Below are positions 1 through 12,899 of a stretch of 64,000 bases of DNA, piece after piece; the stretch's first letter is position 1, and every line of letters begins with the position of its first letter. Under the pieces are notes generated by a model. It did not search any database. It saw nothing but the letters and a program-made list of their open reading frames with translations, and had not been told where the DNA came from. Location of the stretch: assembly GCF_006345805.1 (NCBI RefSeq), contig NC_043004.1, positions 56,048,001-56,112,000 on the forward strand, in the 5' to 3' direction. This stretch comes from Octopus sinensis. Taxonomy: Eukaryota. The translations under genes and the position numbers were made by a program.

Positions 1-559
1 CACACACACGCACGCACGCACACTAATGTTTGTTCAATAAAGCAGCTCCGTTAGAAAGGGGAAATTTCTTTGACCGCTTGGCTGGACAGGAAGCAGGTGG
101 AGCCTCCTAGTCTGGCGGCTAGTTCTAAAGGAACTGCAGTTGCTGAGCAACTGATATTCTTTGACAACATCATGTGACAGGTCTTGACCAATAGCAGCCT
201 GTCTTCCGATTGTCATCTTGGACTTCCTGTATCTCTCCAATCGACAATCCAAAGCCTGAAAGAGACGAACTAGTTAGTGTTAAGGGCCTGTGGGATTGTA
301 CGTCGCATGAAATTGAGTCAAACTGTTTTGAATTGTATATATGTATATATAGATGGCAGTGCGGGCGAAGATCGATGGACAATGGCGAAGGGAGATAATC
401 ACCATAGCGTTTTACCCTTGAAAACGAGTCTTTTCTCCTTCCATATTTTGAAGAGGTCTCAGGCCAGCAGTGTTTGGAGTCTAAAGATACGTCGTAAGAA
501 ACTCAGGGTAACCCCATAAACCGGCCTAACCCGCTACTCTCTGTTTGTCTCTCTCTCTC

Positions 560-1220
560 TCTCATTTTTACTTTCTCTCTATTCATCTTCTCTTTCCTCT
601 GATCCTTTGGTCTAGTCTTCCACTACCCTCCTATTTCTTTGTCTCGCTCTGCACTCACAGGTCATTCTTCGACACCCATCCCTTCTCCTCTCTGATTCCT
701 TCTTTCTCTTCTCTCTCTTTGTTGCGTTTTGTCCCCCTTTTCTCTCTCTCTCTTCTCTGTCACGTGACTGTTGGCCGAAATCTGCCTTTCAGCTCCTGAC
801 CCTCGTCGTGTTAACATCGTTGTTCTTCGTCCGCCGCTATAAAGGCTTTTTCCAATGCGCCAGAGAAAAAATTTGTTTGCTTGTTATCAGTCGTAAGACA
901 CTTGTTGTTCTCACCGTTAATGCTTCTGTATTTCATGTTTCTGTATTCCATTATTGTTTTTTGTTTTTTCTATATCTGTCCCTTTTGCTGTCCTGGTGTT
1001 CGTATGCATTCGATCCTTCTTCCAGGAAATCTACGCTTCCAGCTTAGTTTTTCTTGGAGGGCTGGCCGTGATCTAGTAATCTCAAGATTAATCAGCCGAA
1101 ATTACTACGATGATCCGGTTCTTGACTGAAGACTGAGGGGTTCGAATGTCCTGTCCATGTTTATTGTATCGTCTTCTATGAGTTATACGTTCTTGTCCAT
1201 GTTGTATTTTTCTACATACC
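560..1220 (+). mobile_element. Non-coding Penelope-like (pLTR-type) repeat remnant
   Basis: Homologous in reverse orientation to 17128-17720 (e.g. CAAGATTAATCAGCCGAAAT and GATGATCCGGTTCTTGACTGAAGA). Ends at a (TA)n tract and contains a degenerate GGCTG...CAGCC-GAAA stem. The Penelope assignment is inference. Confidence 0.5.
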
Positions 1221-1283
1221 TTAATATATATATATATATATATATACATGTACGCGCGCGTGTTTATATATATAAATGTGTAC

Positions 1284-1662
1284 ATAGGAGCAGGCGTTGA
1301 CGCTTGGACAAATGTCTTCTGCTTTTGGCTTCGGGCCAACCAAGACCTTGTGAGTGGGTTTGGTAGAGGCTAACTGAAAGAAGCCCGTCGTATATATGTA
1401 TAAGTGTGTGTGTGTGTGTGTATGTGTGTGTGCGTGTGTTTCATTGTGTCTGTGTTTGTCCCTCACCACCGCTTGACAACCGGTGTAAGTGTGTTTATGC
1501 CCCTGTAACTTGGCGGCGGCTTAGCACAAGTGACCGATAGAATAAGTACCAGGTTTTAGACAATAAGTACTACCGTCGATACATTCGACTGAAAATTCTT
1601 CAGGGCTGTGCACCAGCATGGCCGCAGTCTAATGGCTGAAACAAATAAAAGATGAAAGATAA
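1284..1662 (+). mobile_element. tRNA-derived SINE family 1, internally deleted copy
   Basis: Shares body (CCTTGTGAGTGGxTTTGGTAG...GAAAGAAGCCCGTCG, internal TA/TG repeat) and 3' end (CCAGCATGGCCGCAGTC...GAAACAA) with 62158-62556. Confidence 0.85.
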
Positions 1663-1685
1663 AAAATAAAACTTACATGTATATA

Positions 1686-2270
1686 CAGGCATAGGCATGG
1701 CTATGTGGTAAGAAGCTTGCTTCCCAACCATATTGTTCTGGTTTCAGTCCCACTGCATGACACCTTGGGAAATTGTGTTTTACTATAACCTCGGGCCAAC
1801 CAAAGTCAAGTGAGTGGATTTGGTAAACTGAAACTGAAAGAAGCCCGCGGTATATATATATGAAATTAATAATAAAAAAATGGAGAAAACACAGGGAAAA
1901 AACAACAACGCGAGGGCATGGTACATGCAAAGTATTTATAAGACGCTCAGGGAAGGAAAGAAAGGGTTTTTACATTTCGAGCAGAGCTCTTCATGAGAAA
2001 CAGGAGACAGAAAAAACCTCAAGAGAAAAGAAAAAGGGAGGAAAAAATCGCCAACAATCCACATATGTCTTTGTGTCTATGTCTGTCCCCGCCGCCATCA
2101 CTTGACAACCGTAGCTGGTGTGTTTACGTCCCTGTTACATACAGGCTTGTCAAAAGGAATAAGCTTACAATAAATAAGACCTTGGATCGATTTCTTCGAC
2201 TAAAATGCCTTTTAAGGTGATGCTTCAGCATGGCTGCAATCAAATTACTGAAACAAGTAAAAGAATAAAA
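1686..2270 (+). mobile_element. SINE family 1 copy split at its internal (TA)n by a Penelope-like fragment (about 1860-2062)
   Basis: Head with A-box-like TGGCTATGTGGT and B-box-like GGTTTCAGTCCC at 1686-1860. The tail resumes at about 2062. Confidence 0.75.
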
Positions 2271-2737
2271 GAATATATATATATCAAATAAAATCAAAAG
2301 CAGAAAACAAACGTTGTCGCGGTACACGTGTTTCAAGTTTTATAAACGACCTGTTCTTACATCAGTGTATAATAGATATAAAAGATGGTTTAAAGCTCTC
2401 TTCAGGCGCATGCATTGTTATTCCAAAGAGTTACAACACACTATAAAAAATATGAAAAGTACATGTAGTATTACCCATGATAATAGGTATATCTCCCTGA
2501 GAAAGTGCATTTGTAAAATTTAGTAACTAAATAGGCGTATAGGGGATCATTGGATTTCGAAAATCTGGCCATACTGTATCACCAGTCAACATAGAGTGAA
2601 TGTTAAATAGATTTGAATGGTTCATTCTTCTTGTAAGGAAATAGAAACAAAGAGAAGGAAAAGGAAAAGGGAAGAAAAAATAGGGAGAACATGGAGAGGA
2701 AAAATAGATAGAAAGAATAAAGAGAAAATATAGAGGG

Positions 2738-2795
<58 letters not shown>

Positions 2796-3033
2796 TATAT
2801 ATATTCATTCACACACCATTTAAGCAAAGCGATTTTGGATATATTCATGCAGCTCATGTATGTATATACATTTATATACAGATACATAAGTTTGCAATTT
2901 TGCAAATATATTCGTCAATACAAGTATAATGTATATGTGTAATTAATGCCATTAAATTCAAAAAAAAAAAAAAGAAAATCTTATACCCCGCCAATTTATT
3001 AGTACTTTCAAGAAGTTCAGTCGTAGAATCACA

Positions 3034-3129
<96 letters not shown>

Positions 3130-3231
3130 CTTTGTTAATTTTTGCAAGTGTAACCCTATACCTATACCACCTCCGTAGAAAGCAGAAAGAAATGATTATA
3201 AATATGAATAAGAATTTTAATCTTCCCCTTA

Positions 3232-3447
3232 TTTACTCTTTTACTCTTTTACTTGTTTCAGTTATTTGACTGCGGCCATACTGGAGCACCGCCTTTAATC
3301 GAGCAAAATCGACCCCGGGACTTATTCTATTGTAAACCTAGTACTTATTCTATCGGTCTCTTTTTGCCGAACCGCTAAGTAACGGGGACATAAACACACC
3401 AGCATCGGTTGTCAAGCAATGCTAGGGGGACAAACACAGACACACAA

Positions 3448-3480
<33 letters not shown>

Positions 3481-3618
3481 CATATATACGACGGACTTCT
3501 TTCAGTTTCCGTCTACCAAATCCACTCACAAGGCTTTGGTCGGACCGAGGCTATTGTAGAAGACACTTGCCCAAGGTGCCATGCAGTGGGACTGAACCCG
3601 GAACCATGTGGTTGGTAA
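3232..3618 (-). mobile_element. SINE family 1
   Basis: Reverse complement of the 62158-62556 copy over most of its length. Confidence 0.9.
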
Positions 3619-4046
3619 AAAAATTTATCAGTTAAAATGCGTTTGATGAAGCAGTAGTAACTTACACATGGCTAAAATTAGTTTTATAAAGAAACTTCCA
3701 AAACCCGGTTATGTGTGGTTATAATTCTATTAATAATAAGCTAAAACAAAATATTACAGTTGGTTGCCGGTGGGAAAATTGAAGAAACATTATCTCAACC
3801 ATACTTTGATTTTCCAAAATGAAGAGATTTTCCCCATTTATACATGAAATTTGAAGGACAATGGTATCAACAACTTGGAAATCTACTGGAAAACTGTGGG
3901 TTGTACAATATACAATAAATAGCATTTAACCACCGTTCCAGGGCACATTGAAATCATAGGATGCTATTTTGGCTGATAAACCTATTGGGTCTTTATATGT
4001 CCAACGAAGTAGCAGTAAGCAAATTGACAACGGCTAGTATCAACTG

Positions 4047-4427
4047 AAAGCACTCCGTCGGTTACGACGACGAGGGTTCCGGTTGATCCGATCAACGGAA
4101 CAGCCTGCTCGTGAAATTAACGTGTAAGTGGCTGAGCACTCCACATACACGTGCACCCTTAACGTAGTTCTCGGGGATATTCAGCGTGACACAGAGAGTG
4201 ACAAGGCCGGCCCTTTGAAATACAGGTACAACAGAAACAGGAAGTAAGAGTGAGAGAAAGTTGTGGTGAAAGAGTACAGCAGGGATCACCACCATCCCTG
4301 CCGGAGCCTCGTGGAGCTTTAGGTGTTTTCGCTCAATAAACACTCACAACGCCCGGTCTGGTAGTCGAAACCGCGATCCTGCGGCCGCGAGTCCGCTGCC
4401 CTAACCACTGGGCCATTGCGCCTCCAC
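4047..4427 (-). mobile_element. tRNA-derived SINE family 3, full length with 27-bp TSD
   Basis: Minus-strand head GTGGAGGCGCAATGGCCCAGTGGTTAGGGC (A box) and GGTTTCGACTACC (B box). Near-identical to 29142-29526. Flanked by GCAAATTGACAACGGCTAGTATCAACT at 4019-4045 and 4434-4460. Confidence 0.92.
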
Positions 4428-4593
4428 GGTTATGCAAATTGACAACGGCTAGTATCAACTATTCAGTCAGTGAACCACTTGCTGTTGTCTGTTGCGCAGA
4501 TGAGACATTTCAGCTAGAGAATGATTATTGGGACTACCACCCAGGCCAGACATTCATGCCTCATCGCTCGATCGGAATCATCGGGCGTAGAAG

Positions 4594-4990
4594 AGTTACC
4601 TTAGTTCGGGCAAATCAACTGACCTGATAGATTGAGTCTAAACATTCTACATCGTATTGACGGGAAATGAATTATCTTAGATAATCTCACGAACTCAGCT
4701 AGGAATTTAATAAACTGTTTAAATGTTTTCCCCTAAATTCAAGCACTGAAATGTGTTTCCTTTCGCACATCCTTTCCTGATCCTTGGACATTCAATTTCG
4801 AATGCAAGGCTGACCGTCGTGGTATATAGCACGTCCTAGATATTTCTAAAACCGACAAGATCCAATACAGCCAATGTTTTCAGAGAGCGAACGAGCGAGC
4901 GAGCTAGAGAGAGAGAGAGAAGGAAAAGGGGAGAGAGAGAAAGAGAGAGGGATAAAGTGGGAGAGAGAGAGAGATAATAGATAGAGAAAG
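4594..4990 (-). promoter_or_regulatory. Possible promoter and first non-coding exon
   Basis: TATATA at 4823-4828, two CCAAT at 4862 and 4871, GAGC/GA repeats upstream, locally CpG-rich. Minus-strand donors CAG|GTCAGT (4624/4623) and AAG|GTAACT (4600/4599). Confidence 0.3.
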
Positions 4991-5952
4991 AGGAAGTGTG
5001 AGAGAAGAAGAATCGACTCAGAATTGGGTAATTTATCGTTTGCAAATGGGCAAAAAGCAAAACCGATCTGAACGAGATTTGAATTCAGAGTTCAGAGAGC
5101 AGGTTCGAATACCAAAGTTAGATGATTGCGATAACTTACCTTTCGTAAATCATAATTGCATGAAAGAAAAAATCGATGACCGCAAGCTGCATATTTAACC
5201 TAAAAGCCTCTATCTTACCGGATGTTTATATTTTCTCTCATGTTCGCCACTCAATATGTTCCTATGTGATGAGATATTTACTGTAGTCTCCGCCTTTCTC
5301 CCATTTTCTATAATAATTTATTATAATGCGTTTCTCCAATTCTGTAATGATCCTATCAATCTACTGGGTAATATAATACGCAGAAATGGCTATCTATTGT
5401 ATATACATAGTAAACTAGTGAGATAGTGAAATGCTTTTATGTCTAACGTAACTAGGACATGACGTTTACAATTTTCGTATTTAAAACATGAATTCGTAAA
5501 ATGCATTAGTTATCTGAAGTTTATTCCTTTATTTACATATTTGTTCTTTGTTGTTGATGAGGGAAATTTTCGAACTCGTATTTGTTTTTGTATTGTAATA
5601 ATACTAATTCCTGAAAAGGTGTAATACATGTTATATTTTATGCAATGACATTTTGTTATAACCTCTTTTCGTATTCCACAGCCAGAGTTTGGTGGAATAG
5701 TTGTGGTTGGATATCCGTTTACTTTTGATCATAATTCTCTGGGCTGAAGTTCTATAGATAAGAGAAGTATATATAAAAAAAGAACGATTCTAAAAATAAT
5801 TACCAGAGCATAGATATAACAATAAAAATAGATGACAAATTTCAGGATTTATTCCAGAGTGACAGTAACAAACATAGATGCACACAGCCATAAAAATATA
5901 TTTAATTCAAAGATTTATCGAGTCTGTGATCTGAAGAAGAACATGAAGAATG

Positions 5953-6357
5953 TAAGGCGGTGAGCTGCCAGAAACGTTAGCACGCCGGGCGAAATGCGTA
6001 GCCGTATTTCGCCTGCAGTTACCTTCTGAGTTCAAATTCTGCCAAGATCGACTTTGACTTTTATCCTTTCGTGGTCGATTAAATAAGTACCAGTTACGCA
6101 CTGGGGTCAATATAATCGACTTAATCCGTTTGTCTGTCCTTGTGTGTCCTCTCTGTGTTTAGCTTTTGTGAGTAGTAAAGAAATAGGTATTTCGTCTGTC
6201 TTTATGTTCTGAGTTCATATTCCGCCGAGGTCGACATTGCCTTTCATCCTTTCAGGGTCGATAAATTAAGTACCAGTTAACTTACAGTTAACTGGATCGA
6301 TCTAACCAACTGTCCCTCTCACCCAAAATTTCGGGCCTTGTGCCTAGAGTAGAAAAG
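5953..6357 (+). mobile_element. tRNA-derived SINE family 2 (partial dimer)
   Basis: Head AAGGCGGTGAGCTGCCAGAAACGTTAGC, B box GAGTTCAAATTC, core CTTTcATCCTTTC.GGGTCGAT.AA.TAAGTACCAG present twice. Many other copies in the window. Confidence 0.88.
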
Positions 6358-6419
6358 GAAAAGGAATTTTCAAATGTAATAATAATAATAATAAGAAGAA
6401 GGAGGAGGAGGAGAAAAAA

Positions 6420-6800
6420 ATTATAATAAGAAAAGATGTGCAATATAGTTGATGTTGCGTGCCCCTTTTACCCACGAATAACCAAGAAGGAAGGCTAAAA
6501 AATATATATATAAAATCCTCTTAAGTACGAAATAGCCCGGCTATGGAAAAAAATGAAGGTGAAGATAGTGCCAGTTAATGTTGGGTCGTTGGGGACAGTA
6601 TCAGATGGCATCAAGAGGAATATATAGGAAATCGGAATAGAGTGTCCAGTAGAACTGTTTCAAAAGTTTTGCCTCCTTGTCACGGCCAGAGTAATGAAGA
6701 AAGTATTAGATAGTTGAACAGATCAGACAGCATGGTACTGTAGGCTTCAGGCATCAAACCCGCTACGCATTCAAGTCTCCAGGAGACGTTACAACACCAT
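6420..6800 (+). mobile_element. Degenerate 3' fragment of an R4/Dong-like LINE (RLE domain)
   Basis: Translates in pieces to DVACPF...LKYEIARLW...KVKIVPVNVGSLGTVS, the C-terminal RLE motif. Preceded by (TAA)n. Confidence 0.7.
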
Positions 6801-6825
6801 AAGCGTAGGAGTGGCTGTGTGGTAA

Positions 6826-7046
6826 GCCGGCCCCTTGAAATACAGGTACAACAGAAACAGGAAGTAAGAGTGAGAGAAAGTTGTGGTGAAAGAGTACAGT
6901 AGGGATCACCACCATCCCCTGCCGGAGCCTCGTAGAGCTTTTAGGTGTTTTCGCTCAATAAACACTCACAACGCCCGGTCTGGGAATCGAAACCGCGATC
7001 CTATGACCGCGAGTCCGCTGCTCTAACCACTGGGCCATTGCGCCTC
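6826..7046 (-). mobile_element. SINE family 3, 5' half
   Basis: Near-identical to 4206-4425. Confidence 0.88.
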
Positions 7047-7859
7047 CTAACGGTTGGCAATACCAACTGAATAACACTAAATTAAAAATGAGTTGTTTTT
7101 ACTGAAGTAGGACGTCGGCAGGGAACGATGAGCTTGAAACAAAAAGAATACACAATCAAAACGATAAGGAGTGCCTAGAAGGAGGAGGCTACCTATAAGG
7201 AGCTGCCTGCAGTTACCTACTAATAATTTTCCATTTTAACCTGTGCATGCAGGTTAAGCAGTTTATTTTCGAACGCCACCGCTTTGGTTCTATAACCGTC
7301 TCCCGAAGTTTGGACCATTTTATTCGTATATTTTACAATATTAGATATTACATAAGGTATCAAATCTGCAAACCTATGGCACACCATTGCATTTCCATGG
7401 GCCACTACTACTGCCATCATAATCACCACTACCTTTCTATCAACGTTTTGTTTTCAATATAATATTGATGACCCCCTTTCTACAAGAATTCACCGAGAGC
7501 AGCAACTTAATTTGCAGCTTGGCACATGTTCTCACTTAGGTGTTACAAACCCTTGGATTTTTTTAAATTTCTACCTATATTCTTTCACTACCCTTCGCGA
7601 ACACTGATTCACATACCCACACTTCGTAGCACATTTGTTCAAGCATGCATACATATGTATTGATCGCTGCATATGCATACTCACGCTGGCTCAGCGTATA
7701 CACCAATTCTCCTGACACTGCTTGCTATTTCTTTTGGTTAATCTGCGATGATTCCACTTACATTCCTCTCCAGCTACCTACCTACCTACCTACCAATCTA
7801 TACACCAATCAACAAGTTACCTATCTACCGACCTACCGACTAACCTACCGATCTGCCAT

Positions 7860-9822
7860 ACTACCGTCCTGCCCTCTTGCAGTCCTGTCGTCCTGCCGTC
7901 CTGTCATCCTGCCGTCCTGTCGTCCTGCCGTCCTGTCGTCCTGCCGTCCTGTCGTCCTGCCGTCCTGTCGTCCTGCCGTCCTGTCGTCCTACCGTCCTAT
8001 CGTCCTACTGTTCTGCAGTCATGTCGTGCTGTCGTCTTGCCGTCCTGTCGTTCTGCCGTCCTGTTGTCCTTGCTGTCCTGTCTTCCTGCCGTCTTGTCGT
8101 TCTGCCCTCCTCTCGTCCTTGCTGTCCTTTCGTCCTTGCTGTCCTCTCGTCCTTGCTGTCCTGTCGTCCTGCCGTCCTGTCGTCCTACCGTCCTGTCGTC
8201 CTGCCGTCCTGTCGTTCTGCCGTCCTCTCGTCCTTGCTGTTCTGTCTTCCTGCCGTCCTGTCGTCCTACCGTCCTGTCGTCCTGCCGTCCTGTCGTTCTG
8301 CCGTCCTCTCGTCCTTGCTGTCCTGTCTTCCTGCCGTCCTGTCGTCCTACCATCCTTGCTGTTCTGTCTTCCTGCCGTCCTGTCGTCCTGCCGTCCTGTC
8401 GTCCTGCCGTCCTGTCGTTCTGCCGTCCTCTCGTCCTTGCTGTCCTGTCTTCCTGCCGTCCTGTCGTCCTACCGTCCTATCGTCCTTGCTGTTCTGTCTT
8501 CCTGCCGTCCTGTCGTCCTACCGTCCTATCGTCCTACCGTCCTGTCGTCCTGCCGTCTTGTCGTCCTGCCATCCTGTCGTTCTTCCGTCCTGTCGTCCTT
8601 GTTGTCCTGTCTTCCTGCCGTCCTGTCGTTCTGCCGTCCTGTCGTCCTTGCTGTCCTGTCTTCCTGCCGTCTTGTCATCCTACCGTCCTATCGTCCTACT
8701 GTTCTGCAGTCATGTCGTGCTGTCGTCCTGCCGTCCTGTCGTCCTGCCATCCTGTCGTCCTGCCGTCCTGTCGTCCTTGCTGTCCTGTATTCCTGCCGTC
8801 TTGTCGTCCTACCGTCCTATCGTCCTACTGTTCTGCAGTCATGTCGTGCTGTCGTCCTGCCGTCCTGTCGTCCTGCCATCCTGTCGTTCTGCCGTCCTCT
8901 CGTCCTTGCTGTCCTGTCTTCCTGCCGTCCTGTCGTCCTACCGTCCTATCGTCCTTGCTGTTCTGTCTTCCTGCCGTCCTGTCGTCCTACCGTCCTATCG
9001 TCCTTGCTGTCTGTCTTCCTGCCCCGCCTTTCGTACGTCCGTCCTATCGTCCTACCGTCCTGTCGTCCTGCCGTCTTGTCGTCCTGCCATCCTGTCGTTC
9101 TTCCGTCCTCTCGTCCTTGCTGTCCTGTCTTCCTGCCGTCCTGTCGTACTGCCGTCCTGTCGTTCTTGCTGTCCTGTCTTCCTGCCGTCTTGTCGTTCTG
9201 CCCTCCTCTCGTCCTTGCTGTCCTTTCGTCCTGCCGTCCTGTCGTCCTGCCGTCCTGTCGTTCTTCCGTCCTCTCGTCCTTGCTCTCCTGTCTTCCTGCC
9301 GTCTTGTCGTCCTACCGTCCTATCGCCCTTCTGTTCTGCAGTCATGTCGTGCTGTCGTCCTACCGTCCTGTCGTCATGTAGTGCTGTCGTTCTGCCGTCC
9401 TCTCGTCCTTGCTGTCCTGTCTTCCTGCCGTCTTGTCGTCCTACCGTCCTATCGTCCTACTGTTCTACATTCATGTCGTGCTGTCGTCCTGCCGCCCTGT
9501 CGTCCTGCCATCCTGTCGTCTTGCCGTCCTGTCGCCCTGCCGTCCTGTCGTCCTATCGTCCTACTGTTCTGCAGTCATGTCGTGCTGTCGTCCTGCCGTC
9601 CTGCTGTCCTGTCATTCTGCTGTCCTGATGTCCTCTCGTCGTGCCGTCCTATGGTCGTGCCGTCCTGTGGTCGTGCCGTCCTGTGGTCGTGCCGTCCTGT
9701 CACCCTGTCGTCGTGCCGTCCTGTCGTTCTGCCATCCTATCGTCCTCCTGCTCTGCCGTCATGTTGTCCTGTTGTCCTGTCGTCCTACCGTCCTACCGTC
9801 CTACCGTCCTACCGTCCTACCG
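7860..9822. repeat. About 2-kb GC-rich satellite of 8-mer units (CCTGTCGT/CCTGCCGT) with higher-order variants
   Basis: Direct inspection. All three plus-strand frames give the same SCRPAVL/PVVL low-complexity translation. Confidence 0.95.
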
Positions 9823-10119
9823 ACTGATCTACTTACAAACCTACCTACTTACTTTCTTTATATATCAATACCATCATACATGGAAAAGAAAAAAAATGAA
9901 TAGTTTCTTTACATAATTTCTCTCTTGATAAAGAGCCTGTGCTTAAAACGTTGATCGCGTTTTCCTTTTCCTTATGTTTGTTTGTTCAGATCTTTATAGC
10001 ATTGCACGGAACACAAACCGGATTGCATTTAGTGTGTCTGGATATTTTTGTTATACTTGTTGTAGAATAAAGGTAGGAAACAACAGCAGCAACATCCAAC
10101 GTTTACTTTTCTTCAACCC

Positions 10120-10379
10120 TCCCCTTTTTGTCGTCATAATCACCATCATCATCATCGCTCTCGTCGTTATCGTTGTTATGGCTGTCATCGTTGTCATCGA
10201 CCTCAACATCGTCATCTTTATCATCGTCGTCATCATGCTCACGACCAGCATCAGCACCAGCACCACTACCACCACCAGCACCACCAGCACCACTACCAAC
10301 AACAACACGATAATAGCAACACTAACACGAGCATCACAACCACAAGCCCAACATTCTTTTTTGCTCTTCCTTCTCCATC

Positions 10380-10413
<34 letters not shown>

Positions 10414-10800
10414 GCAGCAGCATCATCGTTGTCATCGTCGTTATCTTCATCATCAACTTTTTCTTCTTCATCTTTCTTCTTCCTTTGCTTCTTCTTCTCT
10501 TTCTTCTTTCTCTTCTTTTTCTTCTTTTTCTTCTTCTTCTTCTTTTTCTTCTTCTCTTTCTTCTTTCTCTTCTTCTTCTTTTCTTTCTTCTTTCTCTTCC
10601 TCTTCTTCTTCTTCTTCTTTTTTTCTTCTTCTCTTTCTTCTTTCTCTTCTTCTTCTTCTTCTTCTTCTTTTTCTTTTCCGTCTTCTTCTCTTTCTTCTTT
10701 CTCTTCTTCTTCTTCTTCTTCTTCTTCTTCTTCTTCTTCTTCTCCTCCTCGTTCTCACCATCATCATCATCATCATCATCATCATCACTGTTATTACATT
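10120..10800. repeat. Compound trinucleotide microsatellites (ATC/ACC/CAT, TTC)
   Basis: (CAT)n at 10380-10410, imperfect (TTC)n at 10460-10745, (CAT)n at 10758-10787. Confidence 0.95.
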
Positions 10801-11099
10801 AGTATTGTTATTACTAACATCAACACATCAACTATCACATTTATAATAATAGGGACCATTACCATTAGTATGACTGCTCCAAGGTCTTATGGTAATAAGC
10901 ATTATGAATTCTCTTCGTTTTTATGTTGCTATAATTTAAAGAAATATCGCGAAAAGCATCAACAAAAGTAAAACTGACTTAAAGAAAAAGAGAAAACAAA
11001 AGAACAGAAATGTTATGACTACCGCCAATATCACGCCCACCGCACCGCCACAACCATCATCACAATCACCATCAAGAATAACAATATCATTTGACATTT

Positions 11100-11548
11100 A
11101 TGTATATGTGTACTTATATACGTGTATTTATGTATATATGTATGCATATGCATAAGTATATATGTGTACACACACACGCACGCGCACACACACACATATA
11201 TATATACACATATATGTCTACACACACACACACGTATACACACACACACACACACACATATATAAATACCTATATGTCTACACACACAAACACACGTATA
11301 CACACACACACACATATAAATAAATATATATATATATACATTTATACACTTACTTATATTTATATATATACACACAAACATATACATGTCTGTATGTTAA
11401 TGTATGTATATATCTATTTGTATATATTTGTACATATATGCATATATATATGACTTCATATATGCCTATATATAGATATATATCTATATATATGTCTATA
11501 TATGTATATGTGTACATATGTATGTATACATATATATATGCATATATA

Positions 11549-11633
<85 letters not shown>

Positions 11634-11995
11634 GATATGTACACACGCCCGCACACACACACACACATATGTATTGTTCTTGCCCTTCTAGAAACATTAG
11701 CTAATCTTCATAGACTCCGATAGACATAACTAACCCTAACATGTCATGTTTTATCAGCCTCTTCTGCCTGAACAAACATTGCTAGTCTCTTACCTCGCCT
11801 TCATGCTTCTTTTTGCTACGATTGTTGTTGTTGTCGGTAGTGGTAGTGGTGGTGGTTCCTGACTCTTTCGTTCTCGTCTTTGTTATTCTTGTTGCTGTTC
11901 TTGTATTTGCTTTTATTGTTTAGATTGTTTAGCTATAATTTTACCATTAAATGTTTAGCTGATGGCTTGATTCATCATGTATATACACATATTCC

Positions 11996-12044
<49 letters not shown>

Positions 12045-12131
12045 TATGTTATATTATAAACACACACAGAGACATATATATATAATTATTTATTTGTATG
12101 TATATATATATATATATATATTATATATATG

Positions 12132-12178
<47 letters not shown>

Positions 12179-12359
12179 TATATACTATACATATACATAT
12201 ATATATATATATTATATATAATATTTATATATATATACATACATACATGCACATACATACACACATATATGTACATATGCGTATATCTGCGTGTGTGTGA
12301 ATGCTGTGTGTGCGTGGGCTTTCATGCACACGTTTACACATATTTTCTTTTGCTTTCCT

Positions 12360-12390
<31 letters not shown>

Positions 12391-12440
12391 ATAATATATA
12401 TATATATATATATATAAATGTATGTATGTATATATATTTA
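11100..12440. repeat. (TA)n/(CA)n microsatellite field
   Basis: Direct inspection. Confidence 0.9.
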
Positions 12441-12899
12441 GTTTCTTAGGTTTTGCTTCTTATCTGAATTAATTTCCGCTTGATCGTAATACACATTGGT
12501 AAAGTAAGTACATATAATACTTATCACAGTTGTTTTTAGCTGTTAGCTGCAACTATTAATCAAATGCAAATCAAATCAATTACTTTTCTGACTACCTTCT
12601 CCGTCACCAAACCTTTGAAATTTGTTAATTCACAAATTTTTGTATTATTCGATGCAATTTTCTTGTGATGAATTCTTACATCTTTGGGCATTTTGTAATT
12701 TTGTAATGGTAAGACTGTATTCTATAAGGCTGAAATTTACACCGAGTTTTGCAACAACCAGCATACGCTCTGATATTGGAACTCTTGTTAATAAATATAT
12801 CAATTTCGAAACCTGGTTGCACTTGAGATCCTTGCGTAAGGTACTTGTATAATTTCGTGAACTGAATTTGCAATTCTATGTGCGATCATCAGTTATCTT

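Noticed and set aside
2527-2640. Possible minus-strand exon after a long pyrimidine tract (RMNHSNLF...PYTPI)
   Set aside because: The acceptor is AAG rather than YAG, no homology is recognised and no partner exons are identifiable.
3760-3920. Peptide MKFEGQWYQQLG resembling a lipocalin GxW or a Penelope RT motif
   Set aside because: Too short and bounded by stops. It cannot be assigned.
4350-4427. tRNA-like sequence with A and B boxes
   Set aside because: It is the head of a multi-copy SINE, not a stand-alone tRNA gene.
5550-5630. TTGATGA-GGGAA...TTCCT-GAAA hammerhead-like motif (a similar one is near 12770-12820)
   Set aside because: The core is mutated and stems I and III are not formed. 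At most a decayed PLE remnant.
7645-9903. Three overlapping ORFs of about 580 aa, rich in Cys/Pro/Ser
   Set aside because: Artefact of an A-poor 8-mer satellite that cannot form stop codons. All frames give the same peptide.
9974-10971. Long poly-H/S/F/L/E ORFs (also 51962-52894)
   Set aside because: Translations of trinucleotide microsatellites.
11730-11740. CTAACCCTAAC, identical to the vertebrate telomerase RNA template
   Set aside because: Isolated 11-mer among microsatellites. I see no convincing pseudoknot, CR4/5 or H/ACA domain.
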